Source of the DNA: Squalus acanthias
Taxonomy: Eukaryota
Direction of reading: 5' to 3'
Length of the DNA: 64,000 bases
Assembly: GCA_030390025.1 (NCBI GenBank)
Contig: CM059432.1
Location: 151,158,001-151,222,000, forward strand
Positions 11,228 through 24,538 of this stretch are shown piece by piece. The first letter of the stretch is position 1. Every line of letters begins with the position of its first letter. The notes below the pieces were generated by a model. The model was not told the DNA's origin and ran no database searches. It worked only from the letters and a program-made list of their open reading frames with translations. The translations under genes were made by a program, and so were the position numbers.

Positions 11228-14200
11228 GTTTGACTGTTCTAGACTTGACTATTCCAACGCTCTCCTGACCGCCCTCCCATCTTCCACCCTCCGTAAACTT
11301 GAGGTCATCCAACACTCTGCTGCCCGTGTCCTAACTCGCACCAAGTCCCGTTCACCCATCACACCTGTGCTCGCTGACCTACATTGACTCCCGGTTCAGC
11401 AGCGCCTCGATTTCAAAATTCTCATCCTTGTTTTCAAATCCCTCCATGGCCTCGCCCCTCCCTATCTCTGTAATCTCCTTCAATCTCCTTCGCCCCACAA
11501 CCCCCTGAGATATCAGCACTCCTCTAATTCTGGCTTCTTGAGCATCCCCGATTATAATCGCTCAACCATTGGTGGCCGTGCCTTCAGCTGCCTCGGCCCC
11601 GAGCTCTGGAATTCCCTCCCTAAACCTCTCCACCTCTCCACCTCTCTTTCCTCCTTTAAGATGCTCCTTAAAACCTACCTCTTTCTGCCCTAATGTCTCC
11701 TTATGTGGCTCGGTGCCAAGTTTTGTTTGCTAACGATCCCGAGGAGAGCCCGGGGCTAACGATCCCGCGGAGAGCCCAGGGGGAACGATCCCACGGAGAG
11801 CCCGGGGGGAACGATCCCGCGGAGAGCCCGGGGCTAACGATCCCGCGGAGAGCCCGGGGCTAACGATCCCGCGGAGAGCCCGGGGCTAACGATCCCGCGG
11901 AGAGCCCGGGGGGAACGATCCCGCGGAGAGCCCGGGGCTAACGATCCCACGGAGAGCCCGGGGCTAACGATCCCGCGGAGAGCCCGGGGGGAACGATCCC
12001 GCGGAGAGCCCGGGGGGAACGATCCCACGGAGAGCCCGGGGCTAACGATCCCGCGGAGAGCGTCCCGCGGAGAGCCCAGGGGGAACGATCCCGCGGAGAG
12101 CCCGGGGGGGAACGATCCCGCGGAGAGCCCGGGGGGAACGATCCCGCGGAGAGCCCGGGGCTAACGATCCCGCGGAGAGCCCGGGGCTAACGATCCCGCA
12201 GAGAGCCCGGGGCTAACGATCCCGCGGAGAGCCCGGGGGGAACGATCCCGAGGAGAGTCCGGGGCTAACGATCCCGAGGAGAGTCCGGGGCGAACGATCC
12301 CGCGGAGAGCCCGGGGGGGAACGATCCCGCGGAGAGCCCGGGGCTAACGATCCTGCGGAGAGCCCGGGGGGAACGATCCCGCGGAGAGCCCGGGGGGAAC
12401 GATCCCGCGGAGAGCCCGGGGCTAACGATCCCGCGGAGAGCCCGGGGCTAACGATCCCGCGGAGAGCCCGGGGGGAACGATCCCGCGGAGAGCCCGGGGC
12501 TAACGATCCCGCGGAGAGCCCGGGGCTAACGATCCCGCGGAGAGCCCGGGGGGAACGATCCCGCGGAGAGCCCGGGGGGGAACGATCCCGCGGAGAGCCC
12601 GGGGGAACGATCCCGCGGAGAGCCCGGGGCTAACGATCCCGCAGAGAGCCCGGGGCTAACGATCCCGTGGAGAGCCCGGGGGGAACGATCCCGAGGAGAG
12701 TCCGGGGCTAACGATCCCGAGGAGAGTCCGGGGCGAACGATCCCGCGGAGAGCCCGGGGCTAACGATCCCGTGGAGAGCCCGGGGGGAACGATCCCGCGG
12801 AGAGCCCGGGGCTAACGATCCCGTGGAGAGCCCGGGGGGAACGATCCCGCGGAGAGCCCGGGGCTAACGATCCCGCGGAGAGCCCGGGGCTAACGATCCC
12901 GCGGAGAGCCCGGGGGGAACGATCCCGCAGAGAGCCCGGGGCTAACGATCCCGCGGAGAGCCCGGGGGGGAACGATCCCGCGGAGAGCCCGGGGGGAACG
13001 ATCCCGCGGAGAGCCCGGGGCTAACGATCCCGCGGAGAGCCCGGAGTGAACGATCCCGCGGAGAGCCCGGGGGGGAACGATCCCGCGGAGAGCCCGCGGC
13101 TAACGATCCCGCGGAGAGCCCGGGGGGAACGATCCCGCGGAGAGCCCGGGGCTAACGATCCCGCGGAGAGCCCGGGGCTAACGATCCCGCGGAGAGCCCG
13201 GGGGGGAACGATCCCACGGAGAGCCCGGGGGGAACGATCCCGCGGAGAGCCCGGGGGGAACGATCCCGCGGAGAGCCCGGGGGGAACGATCCCGCAGAGA
13301 GCCCGGGGCTAACGATCCCGCGGAGAGCCCGGGGGGAACGATCCCGCGGAGAGCCCGGGGGGAACGATCCCGCGGAGAGCCCGGGGCTAACGATCCCGCG
13401 GAGAGCCCGGGGGGAACGATCCCGCAGAGAGCCCGGGGCTAACGATCCCGCGGAGAGCCCGGGGGGAACGATCCCGCGGAGAGCCCGGGGGGAACGATCC
13501 TGCGGAGAGCCCGGGGGGAACGATCCCGCGGAGAGCCCGGGGCTAACGATCCCGCGGAGAGCCCGGGGGGAACGATCCCGCGGAGAGCCCGGGGGGAACG
13601 ATCCCGTGGAGAGCCCGGGGCTAACGATCCCGCGGAGCGCCCGGGGCTAACGATCCCGCGGAGAGCCCGGGGCTAACGATCCCGCGGAGAGCCCGGGGGG
13701 AACGATCCCGCAGAGAGCCCGGGGCGAACGATTCCCGCGGAGAGCCCGGGGCTAACGATCCCGCGGAGAGCCCGGGGGGGAACGATCCCGCGGAGAGCCC
13801 GGGGGGGAACGATCCCGCAGAGAGCCCGGGGGGAACGATCCCACGGAGAGCCCGGGGGGAACGATCCCGCGGAGAGCCCGGGGGGGAACGATCCCGCAGA
13901 GAGCCCGGGGGGAACGATCCACGGAGAGCCCGGGGCTAACGATCGGAACGATCCCGTGGAGAGCCCGGGGGGGAACGATCCCGCGGAGAGCCCGGGGCTA
14001 ACGATCCCGTGGAGAGCCCGGGGCTAACAATCCCGCGGAGAGCCCGGGGGGAACGATCCCGCGGAGAGCCCGGGGCTAACGATCCCGCGGAGAGCCCGGG
14101 GCTAACGATCCCGTGGAGAGCCCGGGGGGAACGATCCCGCGGAGAGCCCGGGGCTAACGATCCCGAGGAGAGTCCGGGGCTAACGATCCCGCGGAGAGCC

Positions 14201-15190
14201 CGGGGGGAACGATCCCGCGGAGAGCCCGGGGCTAACGATCCCGCGGAGAGCCCGGGGGGGAACGATCCCATGGAGAGCCCGGGGCTAACAATCCCGCGGA
14301 GAGCCCGGGGGGGAACGATCCCGCGGAGAGCCCGGAGTGAACGATCCCGTGGAGAGCCCGGGGGGAACGATCCCGCAGAGCGCCCGGGGCTAACGATCCC
14401 GCGGAGAGCCCGGGGCTAACGATCCCGCAGAGCGCCCGGGGCTAACGATCCCGCGGAGAGCCCGGGGCTAACGATCCCGTGGAGAGCCCGGGGGGAACGA
14501 TCCCGCGGAGAGCCCGGGGGGAACGATCCCGCGGAGAGCCCGGGGCTAACGATCCCGTGGAGAGCCCGGGGGGAACGATCCCGCGGAGAGCCCGGGGGGA
14601 ACGATCCCGCGGAGAGCCCGGAGGGAACGATCCCGCGGAGAGCCCGGGGGGAACGATCCCGCGGAGAGCCCGGGGGGAACGATCCCGCGGAGAGCCCGGG
14701 GCTAACGATCCCGCAGAGCGCCCGGGGCTAACGATCCCGCGGAGAGCCCGGGGGGAACGATCCCGTGGAGAGCCCGGGGGGAACGATCCCGCGGAGAGCC
14801 CGGGGCTAACGATCCCGTGGAGAGCCCGGGGGGAACGATCCCGCGGAGAGCCCGGGGGGAACGATCCCGCGGAGAGCCCGGGGGGAACGATCCCGCGGAG
14901 AGCCCGGGGGGAACGATCCCGCGGAGAGCCCGGGTCTAACGATCCCGCGGAGAGCCCGGGGGGAACGATCCCGCGGAGAGCCCGGGGCTAACGATCCCGC
15001 AGAGCGCCCGGGGCTAACGATCCCGCGGAGAGCCCGGGGCTAACGATCCCGCGGAGAGCCCGGGGGGAACGATCCCGCGGAGAGCCCGGGGCTAACGATC
15101 CCGCAGAGAGCCCGGGGGGAACGATCCCGCGGAGAGCCCGGGGTGTTTTACTTCGTTAAAGGTGTTGTGTAAATACAAGTTGTTGTTGTT
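11228..15190 (+). mobile_element. L2-clade LINE 3' end whose tail hosts a 26-bp satellite
   Basis: SRLDYSNALL...IQHSAARVLTRTK...ITPVLADLH*LPVQQRLDFKILILVFKSLHGLAPPYL is the L2 ORF2 C-terminus. The tail resumes after the array as TGTTTTACTTCGTTAAAGGTG...AAGTTGTTGTTGTT. Confidence 0.85.
11730..15143 (+). repeat. 26-bp CpG-rich satellite, about 130 copies
   Basis: Unit (CT/GG)AACGATCCCGCGGAGAGCCCGGGG, containing CCGCGG and CCCGGG palindromes. Confidence 0.98.
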
Positions 15191-16739
15191 TGGAATCTGA
15201 GAAGACAACACCTGAGGTGGCAGCTGATGGGAAGTGACGTCAGCATGTTATAAAAATGCTGGAGGATCACAAGTGCCAGAATCATAAATAAGACAATTTA
15301 ATCCGGAATCCTGAGAAAACAATCAACATTCCATTTGATTAGTGACAACATGCAAGGAACAGAAGGAATATTTAATTCTCTCAAATTGTGGAATTGCAGA
15401 ATAATTGAATATTTTATCGACTATGTGCAGAGCCGAATAATGATCTGTTGTGTGTTGCACTTAGAGAATTATGGGAATTCCTTATTAGGACCTTTCACTT
15501 CAGAATTATTGTAGACGGCAACACGATGTGACAGGGAGAGGTCAACAAGGCTCTTAGATCATGAAAGTTTACTTTGATTAACATGGTAGAGAAGTGCTAA
15601 CCAGTAATAGTACATCTGGCATATCGGAAGAGAGTTTTTAATGATCATGTCATTCATGTAATGGTGTTATAGTTAGACTTGGGCTCTACTTTTCTAACTG
15701 CTAATTACCTCATGGTGGGTGTTTGTGAAATCAGCTTTAGATCAAAGCTCACGGACTGTCACTTTGTCAAGAATTTCTTCATTAGCAAGCTGTCGATACA
15801 GCGTTTGCAGCCAGCACTTGGCTTGCAGGTTTTCATCCAGGCTGCCGCAGGGTGCAGGGAACAGGCAGATACCAGCCCGTTTGCTCAAGATCTGTGTTTG
15901 AAGAATCTAAAGATATTAGTTTGAGATCCAGGAAATACTGGAGGTCATGAAATACATGCTAATTTGGGTTTCACTCGGTGCAGGGTGCTCTGATGGCTCC
16001 AATAAAAAAGACAGCACCAATTCTCTTGGTCTTTTCTGGTCAGTTAATAAAGGAAGACCATTGTATATCGCCATGTCAATATCTCTCAGGCACCTCAAAA
16101 AAGATTGCAGGTTGTGGGGGAAAAACAGGTTCTAATTAGAAGTGCTGCAAATATAAAATTGGACTTGAACATTCAGACAAGATTCAGAAAATATTTATCT
16201 CACCTTCCCCAGTGCTCCCCCTCATGCTTATTGACGTAAGAAAACTACTAGGCACTTGGTCTAAGCGTTAAACAAAGCTTTAATCAACTGTTTTATAACA
16301 TGGAGATCAAGTTGTGTCCTTCACTAGTCCCTGTTAAAGAATGTCCTGCACAAGCTGGGCCCATGCCCGAGTATTTATACTCTCCCTGGACAGCGCCACC
16401 CACAGGCCACTCAGTATTATTTCATAAGTCTTTCTTTCATGAATGACAGATTCATGTCACTTATCTCATCATTCAAAGACTCAGTTCCAAAGTATTTATT
16501 CCCTAATGCATCACACAGAAAAAGGGCTGAACCTGCACTGATATCACAAACACTCTGCTTCTGCAGTATCCCCAATTTATCTTCTCCTCGGGACAATTCT
16601 GAACAGTGCTGTCAATACTGCACAGCAAGAGGTGACCTTAAAAAATACAGAATGGACCCCAGCCCCATGCAGTTTGCCAGAAGATGACCTAGTTCAGGTT
16701 GACCAAGCTCACCCCTTCAGATGAAGCTCACATTCAAAC

Positions 16740-17250
16740 TCTGCATTCCTCTAGCTCTGGCCTCTTGTGCGTCGTCACTTCCTTTGCCTCACCATTGGCG
16801 GCCATGCCTTCAGCCGTCTAGGCCCTAAACTCTGCAATTCCCCCCCTACTCACCTCTGCCTCTCCACCTCTTTCTCCTTTAAGACACTCCTTGACACCCA
16901 CCTCATCGGTCCCCATGTCTCCTTCTTTGGCTCAGTATCTAACTACGCTCCTATGAAGCACATCAGCACGTTTTACTACGTTAAAGGCACAAAAGGACCA
17001 TCCACACCATATCTCTCCTGTTCATCCGTTTACTTCCACCTCTACAGCATTGCCCAACTCTGCCCTCACCTCACCCCCATCATCGCTGAAACCCTTATCC
17101 ACACTTTGTTCCTGCAGACTTTTTCAAACGCCCACCTCCCCAGCTTCCCAAACTCCCGCCTGCGCAAACTCCAACTCATCCAAAAGCTTGCCACCCATAT
17201 TTTGTGCTGCACCAAGTCCCACTCACCCACTGGCTCCCTCTCCCCACCGT
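16740..17250 (+). mobile_element. Two degenerate L2 fragments (3' end, then an ORF2 fragment)
   Basis: TIGGHAFSRLGPKLCNS with tail ACGTTTTACTACGTTAAAGGC, followed by AETLIHT...LRKLQLIQKLATHIL. Confidence 0.7.
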
Positions 17251-17514
17251 GAACTGAATTCAAAATCACTGACTGGGGGAGGGGGCAAGAAACCTGCCGC
17301 CTCCTCCCCGCAAGAATTTCCTTAACAGGAGGGCAGTAATTCTACGGTTGGGGCAACTGAGCAACCAGTAGCAGGAGGGAAGATTTCCGTGAGGCTCCTC
17401 CTAGACCCACAAAAATCAGAGGCACCGCTTGTTTACATTTGGTTTCAGAGCAGGCTATTGCGGTCCTTTACTGATCCTCTCAACACCCAGTACCAATGGG
17501 CACAGCACGCATGG

Positions 17515-17833
17515 TGGATGAGACGTTAAACCGAGGCCCATCTGCCCTTTGAGGGGGATGTAAAAGATCCCACGGCACTACTTCAAAGACGAGCAGGGGA
17601 GTTCTCCTCTGTCTCCTGGGCAACATTTATCCCTCAACCAACATCCACTAAAAACAGATTATCTGGTCATTATCACATTGCTGTTTGTGGGAGCTTGCTG
17701 TGCGCAAATTGGCTTCTGCATTTCCCTACATTACAACAGTGACTAAACTTCAAAAGTACTTCATTGGCTGTAAAACGTTCTGGAACGTCCTGAGATCGTG
17801 AAAGGCGCTATATAAATACAACTGTTTCTTTTT
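17515..17833 (+). mobile_element. Deu-domain SINE, 5'-truncated
   Basis: Reverse-complement similarity to 4761-5075. Confidence 0.85.
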
Positions 17834-18014
17834 CGAATGGCGTAGGACCCTTATTTAAATATTTGAATAAGACTCCCTCCTGTTTTGGGCAGAAGCGCTG
17901 GCAACCCGTTTCGAAGTCCCCTCAAAAATCGAGCCAGGCCTTGGACGGTTAGTGGCAGTAGGTTATTTTTCTTTGAATTGTCTGCCTACTTTTACACTAG
18001 GCAGAGAAACATTG

Positions 18015-18080
18015 CCCCCATTGAATCCAGCCCCCATTGAATCCAGCCCCCATTGAATCCAGCCCCCATTGAATCCAGCC
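18015..18080 (+). repeat. 17-bp tandem repeat, about 4 copies
   Basis: Unit CCCCCATTGAATCCAGC-like. Confidence 0.9.
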
Positions 18081-19274
18081 ACCTCATTAGAATCAGTCAC
18101 CAGTTTCATCTGCAGATTTCTCCTCAGTTATTGACCCTTTTAAGTCCTCATTGGACCACTCACCAAATTTCAATACATTCTCTATAGAAACATATATTTT
18201 ATGGTGTCTAAGCCTGTACCTTATTTTAACAACTCTCACTTCGTATATACAGGTTACATTTTGAGTAGTTACTGAATATTCCCACTTCCGGAATCATAAA
18301 ACAAAAGTTTAGAAATTCCAGAGTCATCCCAGAAAATGAAGTAATAGATTAGTTGCTTGCAAAATGTCAAACTCTGATATGTTCATGTAAATAGTCCCAC
18401 TGCGTTTGCACATTATGCAAATACATGTGCAGCTGATGTCCCCATAGTTTCAATATTCATTTGCATTTTTACACAAAAGGGCAGCCAATTAAAGGTTTCA
18501 AATCATCTCACATTGCAGTACATTCACTCACAAACTGGTCGCATTACTATCTTTATTTAAATAGGGAGAAAATGCCCGTGTCACTGGGGTGAATGCTGAT
18601 ACTGAAGCTCTCCTGTATGTCACACCCAACCAGACAAACCTTTCTTTCGCTTTCTTTTGTTATCATAGAATCATAGAAAGTTACAGCACGGAAGGAGGCC
18701 ATTTCGGCCCATCGTGTCCGCGCTGGCCAACAAAGAGCTATCCAGCCTAATCCCACTTCCCAGCTCTTGGTCCGTAGCCCTGCAGGTTAGAGCATCCCAA
18801 GTGCACATCCAAGTACTTTTTAAATGTGGTTAGGGTTCCTGCCTCTACCACCCTTTCAGGCAGTGAGTTCCAGATCCCCACCACCCTCTGGGTGAAGAAA
18901 TTTCCCCTCAAATCCCCTCTAAACCTTCCATCAATTACTTTAAATCTGTGCCCCCTGGTTTTTGACCCCTCTGCTAAGGGAAACAGTTCCTTCCTATCCA
19001 CTCTATCTAGGCCCCTCATAATTCTATACACCCCAATAACGTCTCCCCTCAGCCTCCTCTGTTCCAAAGAAAACAACCCCAGCCTATCCAGTCTTTCCTC
19101 ATAGCTAAGATTCTCTACTCCCGGCAACATCCTTGTAAATCTCCTCTGTACCCTCTGTAGCACAATCACATCTTTCCTGTAATGTGGTGACCAGAACTGC
19201 ACGCAGTACTCTAGCTGTGGCCTAACTAGTGTTTTATACAGTTGAAGCATAACCCCCCTGCTCTTGTATTCTAT

Positions 19275-20464
19275 TGAGAGGTCGCACAACACCAGGTTAT
19301 AGTCCAACAGTTTTATTTTAAATCACAAGCTTTCGGAGTTACAACTCCTTTGTCGGGTGAAGTGAGGAGATACAGAATCGTCAAAGCATATATAGATAGA
19401 GAACAATGCATGTGTAACTTACAATTGCAGACAACTAAATTCAATCATCCTGACTGTTTATCTGCCGAGGTGTGATAAAGTTAATCAGGTCAGCCAGCAA
19501 GGTACCACATCAAAGACATAGCAAGATACAACTGAGACAATGAGGTGGAGTCGCATGGGGTCTAACGTGTCAAAAGCTGCCGTCAGTATGTAAAACGATT
19601 AACTTTAAAATTTTTACTTTTTTACTGGGAATCACATCTGTGAACAAGCCAACGACGACTCGAGTCCGGATCACGTCATGTATCGTGACATAAACCCAAG
19701 ATCCCGGTTGAGACCGTCTTCATGAGTGCGGAACTTGGCTATCAGTTTCTGCTCGATGATTTTGCGTTGTCGTGTTTTCCTAAGGCCGCCTTGGAGAACG
19801 CTTACCCGCAGATCCGAGGCTGAATGTCCTTGACTGCTAAAGTGTTCCCCGACTGGGAGGTAACAATCCTGCCTGGCGATTGTTGCGCGGTGCTCGTTCA
19901 TATGTTGTCTCAGTGTCTGCATGGTCTCGCCGATGTACCATGCCGCGGTGCATTCTTTCCTGCAACGTATGAGGTAGACAACGTTGGCCGAGTCACATGA
20001 GTATGTACCATGTACCTGGTGGGTAGTGTCCTCACGTGTGATGATGGTATCTGTGTTGATGATCTGGCATGTCTTGCAGAGTTTGCCGTGGCAGGGTTGT
20101 GTGGTGTCGTGGTCGCTATTATCCTGAAAGCTGGGTAATTTGCTGCGAACGATGGTACTTCTGAGGTTAGGCGGCTGTTTGAAGGCAAGTAGTGGAGGCG
20201 TGGGGATGGCCTTAGCGAGGTGTTTGTCGTCATCGATGACATGTTGAAGGCTGCGAAGAACATGGCGTAGTTTCTCCGCTCCGGGGAAGTACTGGACGAC
20301 GTAGGGTACCCTATTGGTTGTGTCCCGTGTTTGCCTTCTGAGGAGGTCTATGCGATTTTTCGCTGTGGCCCGTCGGAACTGTCGATCGATGAGTCGAGCG
20401 TCATATCCCGTTCTTACGAGGGCGTTTTTCAGCGTCCGTAGGTGTCCATCGCGTTCCTCCTCGT
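19275..20464 (-). mobile_element. Penelope-like element (family 2), 5'-truncated; 'locus 1'
   Basis: GIY-YIG region (NVVYLIRC...WYIGET...GLN). 12-bp TSD CTTGTATTCTAT at 19263-19274 and 20479-20490, with filler AGGACTTGTATAGA at 20465-20478. Confidence 0.92.
19323..19360 (-). ncRNA. Hammerhead ribozyme homolog with mutated core
   Basis: UCAC-CCGACAA-A-GGAGU-UGUA-ACUCC-GAAA-GCUU-GUGA. Helices are intact, but CUGANGA has become CCGACAA. Confidence 0.65.
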
Positions 20465-22184
20465 AGGACTTGTATAGACTTGTATTCTATGCCACGGCTA
20501 ATAAAGGCAAGCATTTCGTATGCCTTCTTAACCACCTTATCTACCTGGCCTGCTACCTTCAGGGATCTGTGGACATGCACTCCAAGGACCCTTCCTCTAC
20601 ACTACTCAGTGTCCTACCATTTAATGTGTATTCCCTTGCCTTGTTAGCCCTCCCCAAATGCATTACCTCACACTTCTCCGGATTGAATTCCATTTGCCAC
20701 TGTTCTGCCCACCTGACCAGTTAATTGATATCTTCCTGCAGTCTACAGCTTTCTTCTTCATTATCAACCACACAGCCGATTTTAGTATCATCTGCAAACT
20801 TCTTTATCATACCCCCTACATTCAAGTCTAAATCATTGATATATACCACAAAAAGCAAGGGACCCAGTACTGAGCCCTGCGGAACCCCACTGGAAACAAC
20901 CTTCTAGTCACAAAAACACCCATCAACCATTACCCTTTGTTTCCTGCCTCTGAGCCAATTTTGGATCCAACCTGCCACTTTGTCCTGGATCCTATGGGCT
21001 ATTACTTTCGTGACCAACCTGCCATGTGGGACCTTATCAAAAGCCTTGCTAAAATCCATATACATTACATCAAACATACTACCCTCATCGACCCTCCTTG
21101 TTACCTCCTCAAAAAATTCAATCAAGTTAGTCAGACACGACTTTCCCTTAACAAATCCGTGCTGACTGTCCTTGATTAATCCGTGTCTTTCTAAATGAAG
21201 ATTTATCCTGTCCCTCAGAATTTTTTCCAATAATTTTCCCACCACCAAGGTTAGGCTGACTGGCCTGTAATTACTCGCTCTATCCCTTTCTCCCTTTTTA
21301 AACAAAGTTGCAATGTTAGCAGTCCTCTGGCACCTCACCTGTAGCCAGAGAGGATTGGAGAATGATGGTCAGAGCCTCTGCTATTTCCTCTTTTGCTTCT
21401 TTGAACAGCGTGGGATACATTTCATCCGGGCCTGGGGATTTATCCACTTTCAAAGCTGCTAAGCCACTTAATACTTCCTCTCTCACTATGTTTATTTCAT
21501 CTAATATTTCACACTCCTCCTCCCTGATTGCAGTATCTGCATCGGCCCTCTCTTTTATGAAAACAGACGCAAAGTATTCATTAAGAACCATACCCATGTC
21601 TCCCGCCTCCACACACAGATTACCTTTTTGGTCTCTAATAGGCCCTATTCATTCTTTAGTTATCCTCTTGCTCTTAATGTATTTATAAAACATCTTTGGG
21701 TTTTCCTTGATTTTACTTGCCAAAATGTTTTCATGCTGTTTGCTTTCCTAATTTCCTTTTTAATTGCACCCCTGCACTTTCTGTACTCCTCTAGAGTTTC
21801 TGCAGTATTGAGCCCTCGGTATCTGTCATAAGCCTCCCTTTTTTTCTTTATCCTACCCTGTATGTCCCTTGACATCCAGGGGGCTCTATAGATTTGTTAG
21901 TCCCACCCTTTTTCTTTAAGTGAACATACTTGCTCTGAACCCTCAGGATCTCCTCCTTGAATGCCTCCCACTGCTCTGACACTGATTTACCTTCAAGTAG
22001 CCGGGATGTGGGCTACACTGACAAGGCTGCATCTACTGCCCATCCCTAGTTACCCTTCTGAAATTGGCTGTATTACAATTGAGTGCTCTCTAGGGTTCTT
22101 GGGCTTTGCCTTTTGCTCTTTGGGCCCCAGTTTAGGCCCATAATCAAACATACACCTGCTCACGGCAGATGTGGGACCCTCCCA

Positions 22185-24097
22185 AACAAGAAATATTAAA
22201 ACAGAGAGTAAGAGCTTCTACAGGTATATAAAAAGGAAGAGAGTAGCTAAGAAAACATTGGTCCCTTAGAGGATGAGAATGGGGAATTAATAATGGGGAA
22301 CGGGGAAATGGCAGAGACTCTGAACAAATATTTTGTATCTGTCTTCACGGTAGAAAACACTAACAACATCCCAATAATGGATAATCAAGGGGCCACAGGG
22401 AGGGGGGAACTAAAGACAATCATTATCACTAAGGAAAAAGTACTTGGTAAAATAATGGGACTAAAAGACGACAAGTCCCCTGGACCAGATGGCCTGCATC
22501 CCACGGTCTTAAAAGAAGTGGCTGCAGAGATAGTGGATGCATTGCTTGCAATATACCAAAATTCCCTGGACTCTGGCGAGGTCCCAGCGGATTGGAAAAC
22601 CGCAAATGTACATAAGAACATAAGAAATAGGAGCAGGAATAGGCCACTTGGCTCCTCGAGCCTATTTAAGAAAGGAGGGAGACAGAAAGCAGGAAACTAT
22701 AGACCAGTTAGCCTAACGTCTGTCGTTGGGAAAATGCTGGAGTCCTTCATTAAGGAAGCAGTAGCAGGGCATTTGGAAAATCATAATGCAGTCAAGCAGA
22801 GTCAGCATGGTTTTATGAAAGGGAAATCATGTTTAACAAATTTGCTGGAGTTCTTTGAGGATGTAACAAGCAGGGTGGATAAGGGTGAACCAGTGGATGT
22901 GGTGTATTTGGATTTCCAGAAGGCATTCGATACGGTGCCACATAAAAGGTTACTGCATAAGATAAGAGCTCACGGAGTTGGGGGTAATATATTTGCATGG
23001 ATAGAGAATTGGCTAATTCACAAAAAGCAGAGTCGGGATAAATGGGTAATTTTCCGGTTGGCAAATGGTAACTAGTGGGGTGCCACAGGGATCGGTGCTG
23101 GGGCCTCAACTATTTACAATCTATATTAATGACTTGGATGAAGGGACCGAGTGTAATGTAGCCAAGTTTGCGGATGATACAAAAATGGGTGGGAAAGCAA
23201 GTTGTGCAGAGGACTCAAAGAATCTGCAAAGGGATATAGACAGGCTAAGTGAGTGGGCAAACATTTGGCAGATGGAGTATAATGTGGGAAAGTGCGAGGT
23301 TATCGGCTTTGGCAGGAAAAATAAAAAAGCAAATTATTATTTAAATGGAGAGAGATTACAAAATGCTACAGTTCAGAGGGACCTGGGGGTCCTTGTGCAT
23401 GAAACACAAAAATTTAGCATGCAGGTACAGCAAGTAATCAAAAAGGCAAATGGAATGTTGGCATTTATTGCAAGGGGGTTGGAGTATAAAAGCAGGGAAG
23501 TCCTGCTACAACTGTATAGGGTATTGGTGAGACCACACCTTGAGGACTGCGTACAGTTTTGGTCTCCTTATTTAAGGAAGGATATCCTTGCATTGGAGGC
23601 AGTTCAGAGATGATTCACACGGTTGATTCCTGAGATGAGGGGGTTGACTTATGAAGAAAAGTTGAGCAGGTTGGGCCTATACTCATTGGAATTTAGAAGA
23701 ATGAGAGGTGATCTTATCGAAACATATAAGATACTGAGGGGGCTCGACAGGGTAGATCAAAGGAGGATGTTTCGCCTCATGGGGAAATCTAGAACTCGGG
23801 GGCATAGTTTCAGAATAAAGGGTCGCCCTTTTAGAACTGAGATGAGGAGGAATTTCTTCTCTCTGAGGGTCGTAAATCTGTGGAATTCTCTGCCCCAGAG
23901 AGCTGTGGAGGCTGGGTCATTAAATACATTTAAGGTGGAGATAGACAGGTTTTTGCAAGATAAGGGAGTGAAGGGTTATGGGGAGCGGGCGGGGAAGTGG
24001 CTTTGAGCCCAAGATCAGCCATGATCTTATTGAATGGCGGAGCAGGCTCGAGGGGCCAAGTGGCCTAATCCTGCTCCTATTTCTTATGTTCTTATGT
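22185..24097 (+). mobile_element. CR1 LINE ORF2 (RT to 3' tail), frameshifted
   Basis: RT motifs YLDFQKAFD, GVPQGSVLGP and KFADDTK. An inverted CR1-tail fragment of about 50 bp is inserted at 22611-22661. Confidence 0.95.
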
Positions 24098-24457
24098 TCT
24101 CCCACATTCCGGAATTTTTTTCTGTCTTAACAGAAAGGATTTGGCAATGATTAATGTTTACATGTTGTGTTTTCAAACAAAGTGATGTAACACAGGTTTA
24201 TAAAAACTATAGGTTGAGGTCTAGGGTTCCCAGCCCTCTCAGAATGAGCACCATTTTCACAGAATCAGGGATTCCTCCCCCGAGCGCTGTCAGCAGCAGC
24301 CCGTCTCTCAGTTTCCCCTCTTCCCCTGCTCACTGGTGGCCTCCTGGTTCTTGGAACTTGTTGCAAAACAGCTGCTGGGGTGAAACAACAAGCAAAAAAT
24401 AATCAACTACAGGGGACGCAACCTTATAAAGTAAATGCAACACCGTTTGTACTCTGC

Positions 24458-24538
24458 GATCAGATGTCATGTGATCAGATGTCACGTGATCAGGCGTCGC
24501 ATGGTCAGATGTCATGTGGTCAGAATGTCACATGATCA
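24458..24538 (+). repeat. 15-bp tandem repeat, about 5 copies
   Basis: Unit GATCAGATGTCATGT with variants. Confidence 0.85.

Larger units (their letters stand above)
18663..21997 (-). mobile_element. CR1 LINE (RT region to 3' tail) interrupted by a PLE at 19275-20478
   Basis: Minus-strand ORFs with QHGFVKGKSCLTNL, MDFSKAFDKVPH and LVRPQLEYC. Tail (ATTCTATG)n at 18663. Confidence 0.92.

Noticed and set aside
11730..15143. CRISPR-like array or coding repeat
   Set aside because: Head-to-tail units with no unique spacers. The 26-bp period cycles through all frames and includes stops. Eukaryotic context.
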